Assembly: GCA_965230295.1 (NCBI GenBank)
Contig: OZ246001.1
Coordinates: forward strand, 3,520,001 to 3,584,000
Direction of reading: 5' to 3'
Length of the DNA stretch: 64,000 bases
DNA from: Marinicella sp.
GTDB lineage: Bacteria > Pseudomonadota > Gammaproteobacteria > Xanthomonadales > Marinicellaceae
Position numbers and translations under genes: made by a program. Below are positions 51,414-62,192 of this stretch, piece after piece. How positions within the stretch are numbered: the stretch's first letter is position 1; each line of letters opens with the position of its first letter. The notes under the pieces are model-generated. The model worked only from the letters and a program-made list of their open reading frames with translations. It was not told the origin of the DNA and ran no database searches.

Positions 51414-52345
51414 TACAGCTTGGTCAAATCCATGCCTTTATACATATCAGCCACATAATCACCATAGCCATTGAACATTTGCGTTTTGATGCGGCTGTTA
51501 AACAGTGAGAATCCACCGGTGATGCGCCTTTCGGTGGCTTGTGACCACCTGGGATGATCAACCTCGGGATTGACATTGGCATAAAAGCCATATTCCTGAG
51601 GCGCAATGGCTTGCCAGGAATTGATGGGTTGCTGATCAAGGAATTTGATTTTTACAATCGACTTAATGCCTTTGAATCCATATTTCCATGGTGTAATCAA
51701 ACGCAATGGAGCGCCATTTTGATTAGGCAGCTTTTTGCCATACATGCCCACAGTCATCAAAGTGAGTTCATTCATCGCTTCATCCATACGCAGCCCTTCA
51801 CGGTAGGGCCATGGGATTGATCTGCCATTTTGGCCTGGCATTTGCTTGGGGTCATACAGTGTTTCAAAATAAACATACTTGGCAGAACTCAATGGTTTGC
51901 AATACTTAACCAAATCTGCCAATTTAAAGCCCATCCAGGGAATCACCATTGACCAGGCTTCAACGCAGCGCATGCGATAGACCCTTTCTTCAATTTGAAA
52001 GTTGCTGATCAGTTTTTCTAAGTCAAATTGGCCCTTGTTCTCACACAACCCTCCAATCTCTACTGACCAAGGATCAGTTACGAGTGAATGTGAGTTTTCA
52101 GCAGGATCAGATTTTGACAAGCCAAACTCGTAAAAATTATTGTAAGTGGTGGCATCTTTTTCTTCTGTTAACTCCTCAATTTTGAATTGATCGTTGGTTT
52201 TTGCAGGTGGTAACTTCAGTGCCATGGCCGAATTAGATAACAATCCAGCGGCGCCAATGATGCCAGCTTGAATCAATTTGCGTCGACTTTTATAGATGCT
52301 TTCATCTGTGACTTGGTGGTCTTTGTGGGTGTTTTTAAATTTCAT
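51410..52345 (-). CDS. msrP: Protein-methionine-sulfoxide reductase catalytic subunit
   Basis: Tat motif SRRKLI, YNNFYEFG, RMRCVEAWSMVIPW, QNGAPLRL and HPRWSQA. Start uncertain (52345 or 52369). Confidence 0.96.
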   Translation of the reverse strand: MKFKNTHKDHQVTDESIYKSRRKLIQAGIIGAAGLLSNSAMALKLPPAKTNDQFKIEELTEEKDATTYNNFYEFGLSKSDPAENSHSLVTDPWSVEIGGLCENKGQFDLEKLISNFQIEERVYRMRCVEAWSMVIPWMGFKLADLVKYCKPLSSAKYVYFETLYDPKQMPGQNGRSIPWPYREGLRMDEAMNELTLMTVGMYGKKLPNQNGAPLRLITPWKYGFKGIKSIVKIKFLDQQPINSWQAIAPQEYGFYANVNPEVDHPRWSQATERRITGGFSLFNSRIKTQMFNGYGDYVADMYKGMDLTKLY

Positions 52346-52418
52346 GAGGTTTAGCTTGGTATTTTTCATAAATATACTACAATTCAAGACACTCCAACGT
52401 GAAAATTCTTACAAATAA

Positions 52419-53498
52419 ATGACTGTATATAATTTTTCTGCAGGGCCTGCTGCATTACCCATGTCTGTGAAACAACAAATTGAAGCCGAGCTCTATGATT
52501 GGAATGGAACAGGTTGTTCAGTGATGGAAGTGTCACACAGAAGCCAGGAATTCAAAGACATGGCTGATGAAAATGAGGCACTGGCCAGAGAATTGCTCAA
52601 TATTTCAGATGATTATTCAGTCATGCTGATCCCCGGAGGTGCCAGGTTGCAGTATTCAATGCTGCCTATCAACATTTCATCACCAACGGGTCAGGCCATC
52701 TATGCGATCAATGGTCATTGGGGTAAGCAAGCGATCAAAGAAGCCGGTCGATTTACCCAAGTCAGCAGCACCGCCCCCATCAGTGAAGAAGTGTATGCAA
52801 ATATCCCCGAATACGATGTCAGTCAGTTGAACCCCAACGCCGATTATTTCCATTACACCAGTAACGAAACTTTAGAAGGCGTCCAATGGCATCACTTGCC
52901 TGAAACCAATGGTGTGCCATTGTGTTGTGACATGACCTCTGACTTGTTAACTCGGAGTTTTGATGTCAGTGACTACGACATGATTTATGCCAGTGCGCAA
53001 AAAAACATGGGCATAGCAGGCATCACTTTTGTGATCATGAAAAGAGCCATGATAGGTCAATCAGAAAACTTGATTCCTACCATGACCGATTATAAAACCT
53101 ATGCAGATACGCGGTCATTTTACAACACACCACCCACTTTTCCCTGGTATGTGATGTTGTTGGTGCTCAGATGGGTTAAAGCCCAGGGTGGTGTCAACGC
53201 CATTCAAAATACCAACCAGATCAAATCAAAGAAGCTCTATGACTTTGTTGATCGAAGTGATTTCTATTTAAATAAAGTGGAGCCATCATGTCGCTCAGAA
53301 GTGAATGTACCTTTTTGGCTGCATGATGAATCATTGAACCAACGGTTTCTTTCTGAATCTTCAGCAGTTGGCTTAAAGGCATTGAAAGGGCACATGGCGG
53401 TAGGTGGTATGAGGGCCAGTATATACAATGCCATTCCTGAGGCTGGTATAGATGCCTTGATTGATTTTATGCAAGAATTCGAGCGCAAAAATGGCTAA
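52419..53498 (+). CDS. serC: Phosphoserine aminotransferase
   Basis: YNFSAGPA, MEVSHRS, NETLEG, AQKNMG, NTPP and GGMRASIYNA. Confidence 0.97.
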   Translation: MTVYNFSAGPAALPMSVKQQIEAELYDWNGTGCSVMEVSHRSQEFKDMADENEALARELLNISDDYSVMLIPGGARLQYSMLPINISSPTGQAIYAINGHWGKQAIKEAGRFTQVSSTAPISEEVYANIPEYDVSQLNPNADYFHYTSNETLEGVQWHHLPETNGVPLCCDMTSDLLTRSFDVSDYDMIYASAQKNMGIAGITFVIMKRAMIGQSENLIPTMTDYKTYADTRSFYNTPPTFPWYVMLLVLRWVKAQGGVNAIQNTNQIKSKKLYDFVDRSDFYLNKVEPSCRSEVNVPFWLHDESLNQRFLSESSAVGLKALKGHMAVGGMRASIYNAIPEAGIDALIDFMQEFERKNG

Positions 53499-54327
53499 AC
53501 TTGGCAAACTGAATAAATTAATGGTCAAGCATGTATTGACCATGGGAGCCACCTTAGATGGCGGTCACTTGGGTGATGTTTTGTTGCCCAGGAGACACAT
53601 GCCTGATTCTGTCAAAGAAGGCACTGAACTGGAGGTGTTTGTTTACTTGGATACCGACGACAACCCGATTGCCACCACCGAAACACCCAAGTTGATGGTT
53701 GGAGAATGTGCCTATTTGAAAGTTGTTGATGTGAATAAAGTGGGGGCGTTCATGGACTGGGGGTTACCTAAAGATTTGTTGCTACCTTTTGCAGAACAAC
53801 CCAAACCACTCAGGCCTGGCATGTATAAAGTGGTTTATGCATACATAGACAAGGCTTCTAAAAGGATCACTGCTTCTGCTCGACTGGATAAGCATTTGCA
53901 TGAAGAAAATGGGCCGTATAAGCCTGGTCAGGCAGTCAATGTACTTTTTTGTGGTCGCAGTGACCTGGGATACAAAGCCGTGATCAACAACACACATCTG
54001 GGCTTGTTACATCACAGTGATGCACTACATAACATCATGATAGGTCTTAACAAACAGGCTTATATCAAATCGATCAATGCCGATGGCAAGATAAATTTGG
54101 CTTTACACCTACCCAATAAACAACAATTGGGAGAGCTGGCTGAAAAAATCTTGATGGACCTTCAGCAAGGCAGCGGTGTATCTTTTTTAACCGATAAAAG
54201 TTCACCTGATGAAATCAAGCAAAAGTGGCGTGTCAGTAAGGGCAGTTATAAAAAGGCGATTGGTGCACTTTACAAGCAAAAGAAAATAGTTATTTTGAAG
54301 GATAAGATCAAGTTGATTGAGAATTAA
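53491..54327 (+). CDS. CvfB/YitL-family S1 RNA-binding protein
   Basis: EVFVYLD, GAFMDWGLPKDLLLP, DKSSPDEIK and SKGSYKKAIGALYK. Start at ATG 53491. Confidence 0.92.
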   Translation: MAKLGKLNKLMVKHVLTMGATLDGGHLGDVLLPRRHMPDSVKEGTELEVFVYLDTDDNPIATTETPKLMVGECAYLKVVDVNKVGAFMDWGLPKDLLLPFAEQPKPLRPGMYKVVYAYIDKASKRITASARLDKHLHEENGPYKPGQAVNVLFCGRSDLGYKAVINNTHLGLLHHSDALHNIMIGLNKQAYIKSINADGKINLALHLPNKQQLGELAEKILMDLQQGSGVSFLTDKSSPDEIKQKWRVSKGSYKKAIGALYKQKKIVILKDKIKLIEN

Positions 54328-54472
54328 CGGCTGAAAATTGACTGAAAAACACCAAATCTTTTTTTGCACATCCATTCATAACACAATTTAACAATTCATC
54401 CAAATTATTATGTTATTATGTTTGGTGTGTGTTATTCAACTTTGTGGTTGAAATAATTGTGTTTGGAGAGTT

Positions 54473-57400
54473 TTGAAACTTATGTATAAGTGTGTGTTCA
54501 GAGGTAGGATACTTCTGATTTTGGTGTTACTTTGGATAATTCCTACAGGTTCTATTGCCATCAATTCTGACCAATGGCAAATTGAGCACATTCAAATTGA
54601 TGATGGGTTACCAGATTCTACAGTCTATTCAGTGACTCAAGACAAAACAGGGTTTGTTTGGTTCGGAACCACCAGTGGTTTAGCCAGGTTTGATGGGAAT
54701 TCATTTAAATCCTTTAAACATGATGGGGCTGATCCGTCTTCTATATCTAACAACAATGCCGGTAACATTTTTATTGACTCGCAAAATAGGGTCTGGATTG
54801 GAACTTTTGGAGGTGGCGTAAACTTATTGGACTTGACCACTGGTGACCTAACGCGTTTTCCATACTCTAGCAGCCAATACAAGGTTATGGTATCTGAAAA
54901 TGTGCAAACGTTTTTTGAAGATGAAAGTGGGCATATTTGGATTGGAACTGCTACTGGGCTGTATAGATACGATGGCAAGGATATGATGTATTTTGATGCA
55001 AATCAAAATGGCACGGTTCAATCCAGAGTTTGGGACATCGTAGCTGATGAAGCAGGTATGATTTGGTTAGGTACTTCTGATGGATTAAGTCAACTTAATC
55101 CCAATACGGGCCAATTCAAGCACATTAAATTGCCACCGGAAATGACCATTGACATCACCACAAATCAATTCAGGACCTTGTTATACAAAACCGGCATGTT
55201 ATGGATTGGGTCTTCCAGTGGTTTATTCAGCTATAACATCAAACTGCAATCATTCGAATTTCACTCTCCAAATCAGGAAAGCATCAAAATTAATGACATA
55301 TATAAAACGCCTGATGAAGATATTCTGCTTGCCAGTATGGAAGGGTTGTATTTGTACAATACACAAAAAAACATATTCAAACGTGAAAACAGTGGAGATT
55401 TGTGGCAGCAATTGTCACATGTTGACATCAGAGATATTTATGTCGATCGTTCAGGAATCATGTGGCTGGCAACCCGTGATAACGGTGTCTATAAAATTGA
55501 CTTGGCCGGTGGTTTGTTTCAACACCATACAAATTATTTGCCAGAATCTCAACTTAATGAAAAAGCCAAACAAGTTTGGTCAATCGAGTCAGATCAGGAT
55601 GGAACCATCTATTTGGGTACATCAGAAACAGTGTTTAGACAAAATTCCGAGAATTCATTTCAACGGATTGAAACTGCCGGTTTAGATATGATTCCTGGCT
55701 ACATCAGGGATATTGAAACTTCAGATAAAGCCGGTTTGTGGGTGTCAGGAAGCACTGGTTTGTACTTTTTACCCCGAGACTCAGAAGTTGCCGAACTGAT
55801 TTCCACACCATTTGATTTGGTTGGAATTGAACCCGCTGATGTATTTTCTGTTGAAATTACGGAAGACGGTGAAATGTGGTTGGCTTTGTATAATTTAGGC
55901 ATTTTACGTTGGAACCCGGATAAAGACCAAGCTGAACTTATTCAATCATACAATGCTGGAGCCTTAACAGACTTGAATATCAGTCATATCAAAGAAGACA
56001 GCAGAAAAAATATTTGGATTGGAAGTAATTTGGTTGGCTTGTTCAAATACGATAATAACAGCAAACAAATTATGCTATACAATCATGATTTTAATGACCC
56101 CAAAAGTATCGCATCCAATCGCATTAAAGATGTATTCGAAGACTCACAAGGTCGTTTGTGGATCGCAACCCCCCAAGGCTTGTGTCAATACAGGTACCAA
56201 AGTGATGACTTTCAGCATTTCACCAAATCTGACGGATTGATCAATAACAGTGTTAATTTTGTTCTTGAAGACAGCCAACAAAATTTGTGGCTGGGTAATA
56301 AATTTGGCCTGTCTCAATTCAACCCTGAAAGTGAAGAAATAAAAAACTATTTGCTAAATACTGCGATTCGTCATGATGGCATGATTACCAGATCTTCCAC
56401 GATTGGCAATGATGATGTTATATGGTTAGGTAGTGCTAATGGCTTTTATACATTCAATCCTGCTGATCATGAAAACCTAACAACTTATGAACCTCCACTG
56501 GTTATGACCAGTATAAAAATTGACAACCGTCCATTGAATGCTGCAAATTTGGAGTACAGTCAACAAGAATTGGTTCTGGATCATAGCAATCAATTGGTTT
56601 CTTTTGACTTTACAGTTCTGGATTACAAAACCCCCGAACAGATTCAATACTTATATCGATTGGTCGGCTTACATGAAGACTGGTTGGATGTCAGTAACAC
56701 CAGGCAAATAGTTCTGAAAGAACTCAACCCTGGTAATTATCAGCTTGAAATTAAAGCCAGTAGTAACGATGGAAGTTGGTATGAACAAAAAATGAATTTA
56801 TACCTTTTGGTTCAACCAGTTTGGTGGGAGCGGGGATGGGTTCGTGCGCTTTTTGTTTTAACGGCTTTGATGTTAGCTGTGTTTTTCCATTACTACAGAA
56901 CTTATAAAATCAGGAAGCAAAACTTGTTGCTGGAAAATGAAGTTAATAACCGCACCATTGAGCTGCAAGGTTTGAATGAGCAGCTAGAACTGGCGGCCAA
57001 TTCTGATTACCTCACTGGCTTGCCAAACAGAATGGCTTTCATCAATGCCTATGAAGAGTTGCTTAAGGACCCCAAAGCGGCACCTTTGAACAGTTGTATT
57101 GTGATGGGGGATGTGGACCGTTTTAAAAACATCAATGATCAGTATGGTCATTCTGCTGGCGATGAAATATTGATCCAAGTCAGTGCCATTATGAAAAAAT
57201 TGCTCAGGGCAGAGGATTTGATTGCGCGTTGGGGTGGGGAAGAGTTTATCTTCTACTTTGCCAATAAAGACGCTGATGCAACTTCTGTTTTGATTGAACG
57301 GATTCGCTTGGCCATTGAGACCACCCAAATTCAATACCAGGACCATGAAATTCCGGTCACCATGACATTCGGGATTTGTCAAAGAACCGTCGGTATGAGC

Positions 57401-57490
57401 CTGATAGATTGTATCAACGCAGCTGATGAATCCATGTACCAAGGTAAGGCTTCAGGCAGGAATACGGTGGTTGTTCACGGGGCTACTTAA
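54473..57490 (+). CDS. Periplasmic beta-propeller (Reg_prop/Y_Y_Y) sensor diguanylate cyclase
   Basis: Repeated D-x-x-G-x-x-W-x-GT blades, the Y_Y_Y domain (YLYRL...PGNYQLEIKAS), one TM, DYLTGLPNR, a RAED I-site and RWGGEEF. Confidence 0.93.
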   Translation: MKLMYKCVFRGRILLILVLLWIIPTGSIAINSDQWQIEHIQIDDGLPDSTVYSVTQDKTGFVWFGTTSGLARFDGNSFKSFKHDGADPSSISNNNAGNIFIDSQNRVWIGTFGGGVNLLDLTTGDLTRFPYSSSQYKVMVSENVQTFFEDESGHIWIGTATGLYRYDGKDMMYFDANQNGTVQSRVWDIVADEAGMIWLGTSDGLSQLNPNTGQFKHIKLPPEMTIDITTNQFRTLLYKTGMLWIGSSSGLFSYNIKLQSFEFHSPNQESIKINDIYKTPDEDILLASMEGLYLYNTQKNIFKRENSGDLWQQLSHVDIRDIYVDRSGIMWLATRDNGVYKIDLAGGLFQHHTNYLPESQLNEKAKQVWSIESDQDGTIYLGTSETVFRQNSENSFQRIETAGLDMIPGYIRDIETSDKAGLWVSGSTGLYFLPRDSEVAELISTPFDLVGIEPADVFSVEITEDGEMWLALYNLGILRWNPDKDQAELIQSYNAGALTDLNISHIKEDSRKNIWIGSNLVGLFKYDNNSKQIMLYNHDFNDPKSIASNRIKDVFEDSQGRLWIATPQGLCQYRYQSDDFQHFTKSDGLINNSVNFVLEDSQQNLWLGNKFGLSQFNPESEEIKNYLLNTAIRHDGMITRSSTIGNDDVIWLGSANGFYTFNPADHENLTTYEPPLVMTSIKIDNRPLNAANLEYSQQELVLDHSNQLVSFDFTVLDYKTPEQIQYLYRLVGLHEDWLDVSNTRQIVLKELNPGNYQLEIKASSNDGSWYEQKMNLYLLVQPVWWERGWVRALFVLTALMLAVFFHYYRTYKIRKQNLLLENEVNNRTIELQGLNEQLELAANSDYLTGLPNRMAFINAYEELLKDPKAAPLNSCIVMGDVDRFKNINDQYGHSAGDEILIQVSAIMKKLLRAEDLIARWGGEEFIFYFANKDADATSVLIERIRLAIETTQIQYQDHEIPVTMTFGICQRTVGMSLIDCINAADESMYQGKASGRNTVVVHGAT

Positions 57491-57525
57491 GGATTGATGC
57501 ATAAGTTTAATGGGTGCATCAATCC
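57491..57525. terminator. Hairpin between convergent genes (terminator-like)
   Basis: Perfect 11-bp inverted repeat GGATTGATGCA/TGCATCAATCC with a 13-nt loop. There is no strong T-tract. Confidence 0.5.
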
Positions 57526-57543
57526 ATAAGCTCAAGTCTTTAA

Positions 57544-58482
57544 TCACACTTCATCAGATTCATTTTCAAAATCTTCAAATAGGTAGGTGCTTAAATAGCG
57601 TTCCCCCGTGTCTGGCAGCATTGCCAAGATGACTGAACCTGGTTCAGCTTTTTCAGCGGTGACTAAGGCAGCAGCAAAAGTGGCTCCAGAGGATATGCCG
57701 CATAAGATACCTTCTTTAGATGCCAAATCCAGAGATGACTTTTTGGCCTGATGCTCATCGATAGGAATCAAATCATCATAGATGTTTTGGTTCATCACAT
57801 CGGCCACAAAATCAGGTGTCCAACCCTGTAACTTATGAGGTGTCCATTCTTTTCCTGCCAACAGTTGTGCTTCAACAGGTTCTGTGGCTATGATCTTTAT
57901 CTCAGGCCTTGCCAGCTTCAATACTTCACCTGCACCAGTGATGGTGCCACCTGTGCCATAACCACTGACGAAGTAATCCAGTTTTTTCCCGGCAAAATCT
58001 TTTAGAATTTCCGGGCCGGTGGTGGAACGATGAAAAGCAGGGTTGGCTTCGTTTTCAAATTGTCTGGCTAAAAACCACCCTCGTTCTTTGGCCAATTCTT
58101 CGGCTTTGGCCACCATACCAGATCCACGGGCAGCGGCAGGGGTTAACACGACCTTGGCTCCTAAGGCACGCATCAGTTTTCTTCGTTCAATGGAAAAGGT
58201 TTCGCTCATCACGGCAACGAATGGATGCCCTTTGGCAGCACAGACCATGGCCAAAGCAATGCCGGTGTTTCCAGATGTGGCTTCGACCACAGTCTGACCA
58301 GGCGTTAAATGTCCTCTGGCTTCAGCATCCGCAATGATCGCATGAGCCAAGCGATCTTTGACCGATGCCAATGGGTTGAAATATTCTGCTTTGACATACA
58401 TGTCAACATGCTTGGGGGCGATGTTGTTTATTTTTATGATGGGAGTGTTACCAATGGTTTCTAATATGTTGTTGTAAATCAT
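57544..58482 (-). CDS. cysK: Cysteine synthase (O-acetylserine sulfhydrylase)
   Basis: IGNTP, NPLASVKDR, EATSGNTG, GTGGT, GISSGA and PDTGERYLST. Confidence 0.93.
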   Translation of the reverse strand: MIYNNILETIGNTPIIKINNIAPKHVDMYVKAEYFNPLASVKDRLAHAIIADAEARGHLTPGQTVVEATSGNTGIALAMVCAAKGHPFVAVMSETFSIERRKLMRALGAKVVLTPAAARGSGMVAKAEELAKERGWFLARQFENEANPAFHRSTTGPEILKDFAGKKLDYFVSGYGTGGTITGAGEVLKLARPEIKIIATEPVEAQLLAGKEWTPHKLQGWTPDFVADVMNQNIYDDLIPIDEHQAKKSSLDLASKEGILCGISSGATFAAALVTAEKAEPGSVILAMLPDTGERYLSTYLFEDFENESDEV

Positions 58483-58491
58483 GATGATCTC

Positions 58492-59934
58492 TTAGGCTGT
58501 TTTTAAATATTTAATGGTAGTTGCAAACACATTGGACTCATGGGGTTTGAACCAATCCAATTGCTGTGCATACTGTGCCACTGACCCGATCACAATCAGG
58601 GCAGGGGATTTAACTTGATGTTCATTTATCATATCAGGTAATTGATACAAATGTCCTGATAAGGTTCTTTGGTTGTTTCTGGTGCCATTTTCGATGATGG
58701 CCACATATTCATCAGGCGATTTTCCATGTTTGATCAGTTCTGCCACCAATAATTCAGCTTTGATCAAACCCATGTAGACAGCCAAGGTTTGATTTTTCTT
58801 GGCGTAAAACTGCCAATCAATGGTGTCAATAGAATCACTGCAGTGAGCCGTCATGAATGCCAGACTTTGGGCATGATCACGGTGAGTGAGTGGAATGCCT
58901 GCATAGGCAGCACAGCCAACTGCGGCGGTGATACCAGGCACAATTTCAAACTCGATGCCTTGTTTGGCCAAGGCCAAAACTTCTTCACCACCACGCCCAA
59001 AGACAAACGAGTCTCCACCTTTCAAGCGACATACATGTAATCCTTGTTTGGCATATTCAATCAACAGCTGGTTGATGTTTTCTTGTTTGGTTTTGTGGTT
59101 GCCAGCTTGTTTGCCTACATCAATCAAATCTGCATCTTTTCTGATCATCTGAATAATTTCTTTCGAAATTAATTGATCATGCAATACCACATCGGCGGTT
59201 TGTAGGACTTTTATGGCTTTTAATGTCAATAAGTCAGGGTTGCCAGGTCCGGCACCTACCAGTGAAACCAAACCGTTTGTCTGATTCACATGATCAATGA
59301 TCTGATCTATTTGTTGATCTGACGCGTGATTAAACTGTGCACCTATGACTGCAGACGATTTATGAGACCACTGGAAAAACCTCTCCCAGAATCGCCTGCG
59401 GTTATTAAACAAGGGTATTTTTCTCCTGATGAAAGTTCTTAAACGGCGTGCGCTTTCTGCCAATTGCCCTAAATTTTGAGGCAGCAGGTATTCTATTTTC
59501 TGTTTGATGATTCTTGCCAGAACAGGGGCTGAACCTTCACTGCTTATGGCTACGGTCACTGGTGATCTGTCAACTATGGCAGGGGTAATGAAGTCACATA
59601 AATTTTGTTGGTCAACTGTATTGATCCATATGTCATGTCTTTGGGCATACTTAAAAACCCGGGCATTTATTTCAGGATCATCGGTAGCTGAAATAATCAT
59701 CCTGACGCCATCTATGGATTTGATGACACTCAAATCTGATAAATCATGTTTGATGATGGTTATTTTTTGAAGATCTGCCAATTCTTGAATGTCATCTGAA
59801 AAATTCAACGCAATACACACCACTTCAGCCTTAACTTTCAAGAGGCTCTTAATTTTTCTACTGGCAACCGAACCTGCGCCCAGCACGATCACCTGTTTGT
59901 TTTTCAGTTTTATGTTAATGGGTAAATACTGCAT
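58492..59934 (-). CDS. cysG: Siroheme synthase
   Basis: GAGSVASRK, ISSEGSAPVLAR, VGAGPGNPDLLT, RLKGGD...FGRGGEE and PGITAA. Likely start at ATG 59934. Confidence 0.96.
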   Translation of the reverse strand: MQYLPINIKLKNKQVIVLGAGSVASRKIKSLLKVKAEVVCIALNFSDDIQELADLQKITIIKHDLSDLSVIKSIDGVRMIISATDDPEINARVFKYAQRHDIWINTVDQQNLCDFITPAIVDRSPVTVAISSEGSAPVLARIIKQKIEYLLPQNLGQLAESARRLRTFIRRKIPLFNNRRRFWERFFQWSHKSSAVIGAQFNHASDQQIDQIIDHVNQTNGLVSLVGAGPGNPDLLTLKAIKVLQTADVVLHDQLISKEIIQMIRKDADLIDVGKQAGNHKTKQENINQLLIEYAKQGLHVCRLKGGDSFVFGRGGEEVLALAKQGIEFEIVPGITAAVGCAAYAGIPLTHRDHAQSLAFMTAHCSDSIDTIDWQFYAKKNQTLAVYMGLIKAELLVAELIKHGKSPDEYVAIIENGTRNNQRTLSGHLYQLPDMINEHQVKSPALIVIGSVAQYAQQLDWFKPHESNVFATTIKYLKTA

Positions 59935-60012
59935 GATACATTTTAAATCAGCTAAAGCGCTCAATATACCCATAGCCTGACACATAGCAAAATAGTAAAA
60001 AAGCATGCCCTT

Positions 60013-60027
60013 ATAACAAAAAGTTAT
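60013..60027. promoter_or_regulatory. LysR-type T-N11-A palindrome, candidate CysB site
   Basis: ATAAC-aaaaa-GTTAT in the cysG/cysB divergent intergenic region. Confidence 0.55.
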
Positions 60028-60028
60028 C

Positions 60029-60044
60029 AGACGTTTAGACGTCT
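60029..60044. promoter_or_regulatory. Tandem Met boxes (MetJ-type operator)
   Basis: AGACGTTT-AGACGTCT, a 15/16 match to two tandem AGACGTCT units. Confidence 0.65.
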
Positions 60045-60111
60045 ATATTGTTAATTTGAAATAAGGCTGCTATGATTCGGTCATATTTAAGTGTTCATAG
60101 CAGAAAACGTC

Positions 60112-61092
60112 ATGAAATTACAACAGCTCAGATTTTTCGTATCGGTTTGTCATTCTGGTTTAAATGTAACCGCTGCTGCCAAACAATTGTACACCTCACA
60201 ACCTGGTGTCAGTCGACAAGTGCGCCTTTTAGAAGATGAATTGGGGTTCAGTTTATTTGTCAGACAAGGGAAATCGTTGGTTGCTTTAACCCATGCCGGG
60301 AAAGAAGTGTTGCGAAGGGCTGAGAATATCTTGAAAGAAGTGGCCAACATCAAGGCCTTCAGCCATGAACTGACCAATGAGGGTAATGGCCAATTAAACA
60401 TTGCCACCACCCATACCCAAGCACGTTACGTTTTACCGCCGGTATTAAAAAAATTACATGAAATATACCCTTCCGTCAAAGTCAATCTATTACAAGGCAC
60501 ATCACAACAAAATTTAAAATCACTGAAAGAAGGAGAAGTGGATTTTGTCATCAGTTCAGGTAACACCCAGGAAGCCAGTGATTTGGTTAAATTGGATTTA
60601 TTTAAATGGCAAAGGAAAATAGTAGTTCCCAAGGGTCATAGATTGGCAAAGAAATCTACCATCAGTTTAAAAGAACTTTCTGAACACCCATTGATTGTTT
60701 ATGTGGGTAATGACAAAGAAAGTTCAAGTTTAGTCCAAGCATTTAAAGCTGCTAACTTGGATTACAAAATTGTGTTCACAGCGAGAGATTCTGACGTGAT
60801 CAAAACCTATGTACGTTCTGGGTTAGGCATTGGCATCATTGCCAGCATGGCTGTTGAAAATAAATTAGATGAAGACCTACATGCCATAGATACCGTTGGC
60901 ATTTTGCCTTTGAGTGCGACTTGGTTGGCATTTAATCCAAGCCTGTTCATCCGAGGTTTTATGCATGAATTTATCCAATTGTTTGCTCCACACGTGAAAA
61001 GAGAACAAGTACAGTCTGCGATAGATAACAAACTCCTGTTGGTGGATCCTCAAAAGAGTGCTCAACCCATTGATTCTGCTTGGCAATGTTAA
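60112..61092 (+). CDS. cysB: LysR-family cys regulon activator
   Basis: MKLQQLR, LYTSQPGVSRQVRLLEDELG, IATTHTQARYVLP and DSDVIKTYV. Divergent from cysG-cysK. Confidence 0.94.
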   Translation: MKLQQLRFFVSVCHSGLNVTAAAKQLYTSQPGVSRQVRLLEDELGFSLFVRQGKSLVALTHAGKEVLRRAENILKEVANIKAFSHELTNEGNGQLNIATTHTQARYVLPPVLKKLHEIYPSVKVNLLQGTSQQNLKSLKEGEVDFVISSGNTQEASDLVKLDLFKWQRKIVVPKGHRLAKKSTISLKELSEHPLIVYVGNDKESSSLVQAFKAANLDYKIVFTARDSDVIKTYVRSGLGIGIIASMAVENKLDEDLHAIDTVGILPLSATWLAFNPSLFIRGFMHEFIQLFAPHVKREQVQSAIDNKLLLVDPQKSAQPIDSAWQC

Positions 61093-61152
61093 TTGCCTGG
61101 GGCCTGACTGCTGCATACAATTGGTTTTAAATATCCTTGGATCACACACTGT

Positions 61153-61170
61153 TTCAAACGTTCGTTTAAC
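61153..61170. promoter_or_regulatory. PsrA-like (TetR family) operator upstream of the lipase
   Basis: TTCAAACG-tt-CGTTTAAC, which fits the AAAC-N4-GTTT palindrome. Confidence 0.55.
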
Positions 61171-61239
61171 TTTTCATTGACTTCGTACATAGACTCTGAT
61201 AAAAAAATATAAAAGCCGTTAGAGCTTATGAATAAATAA

Positions 61240-62191
<952 letters not shown>

Positions 62192-62192
<1 letters not shown>

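Noticed and set aside
55149-55685. 178-aa alternate-frame ORF inside the propeller-GGDEF gene
   Set aside because: It is a same-strand shifted frame with no motif, and the main ORF is uninterrupted.
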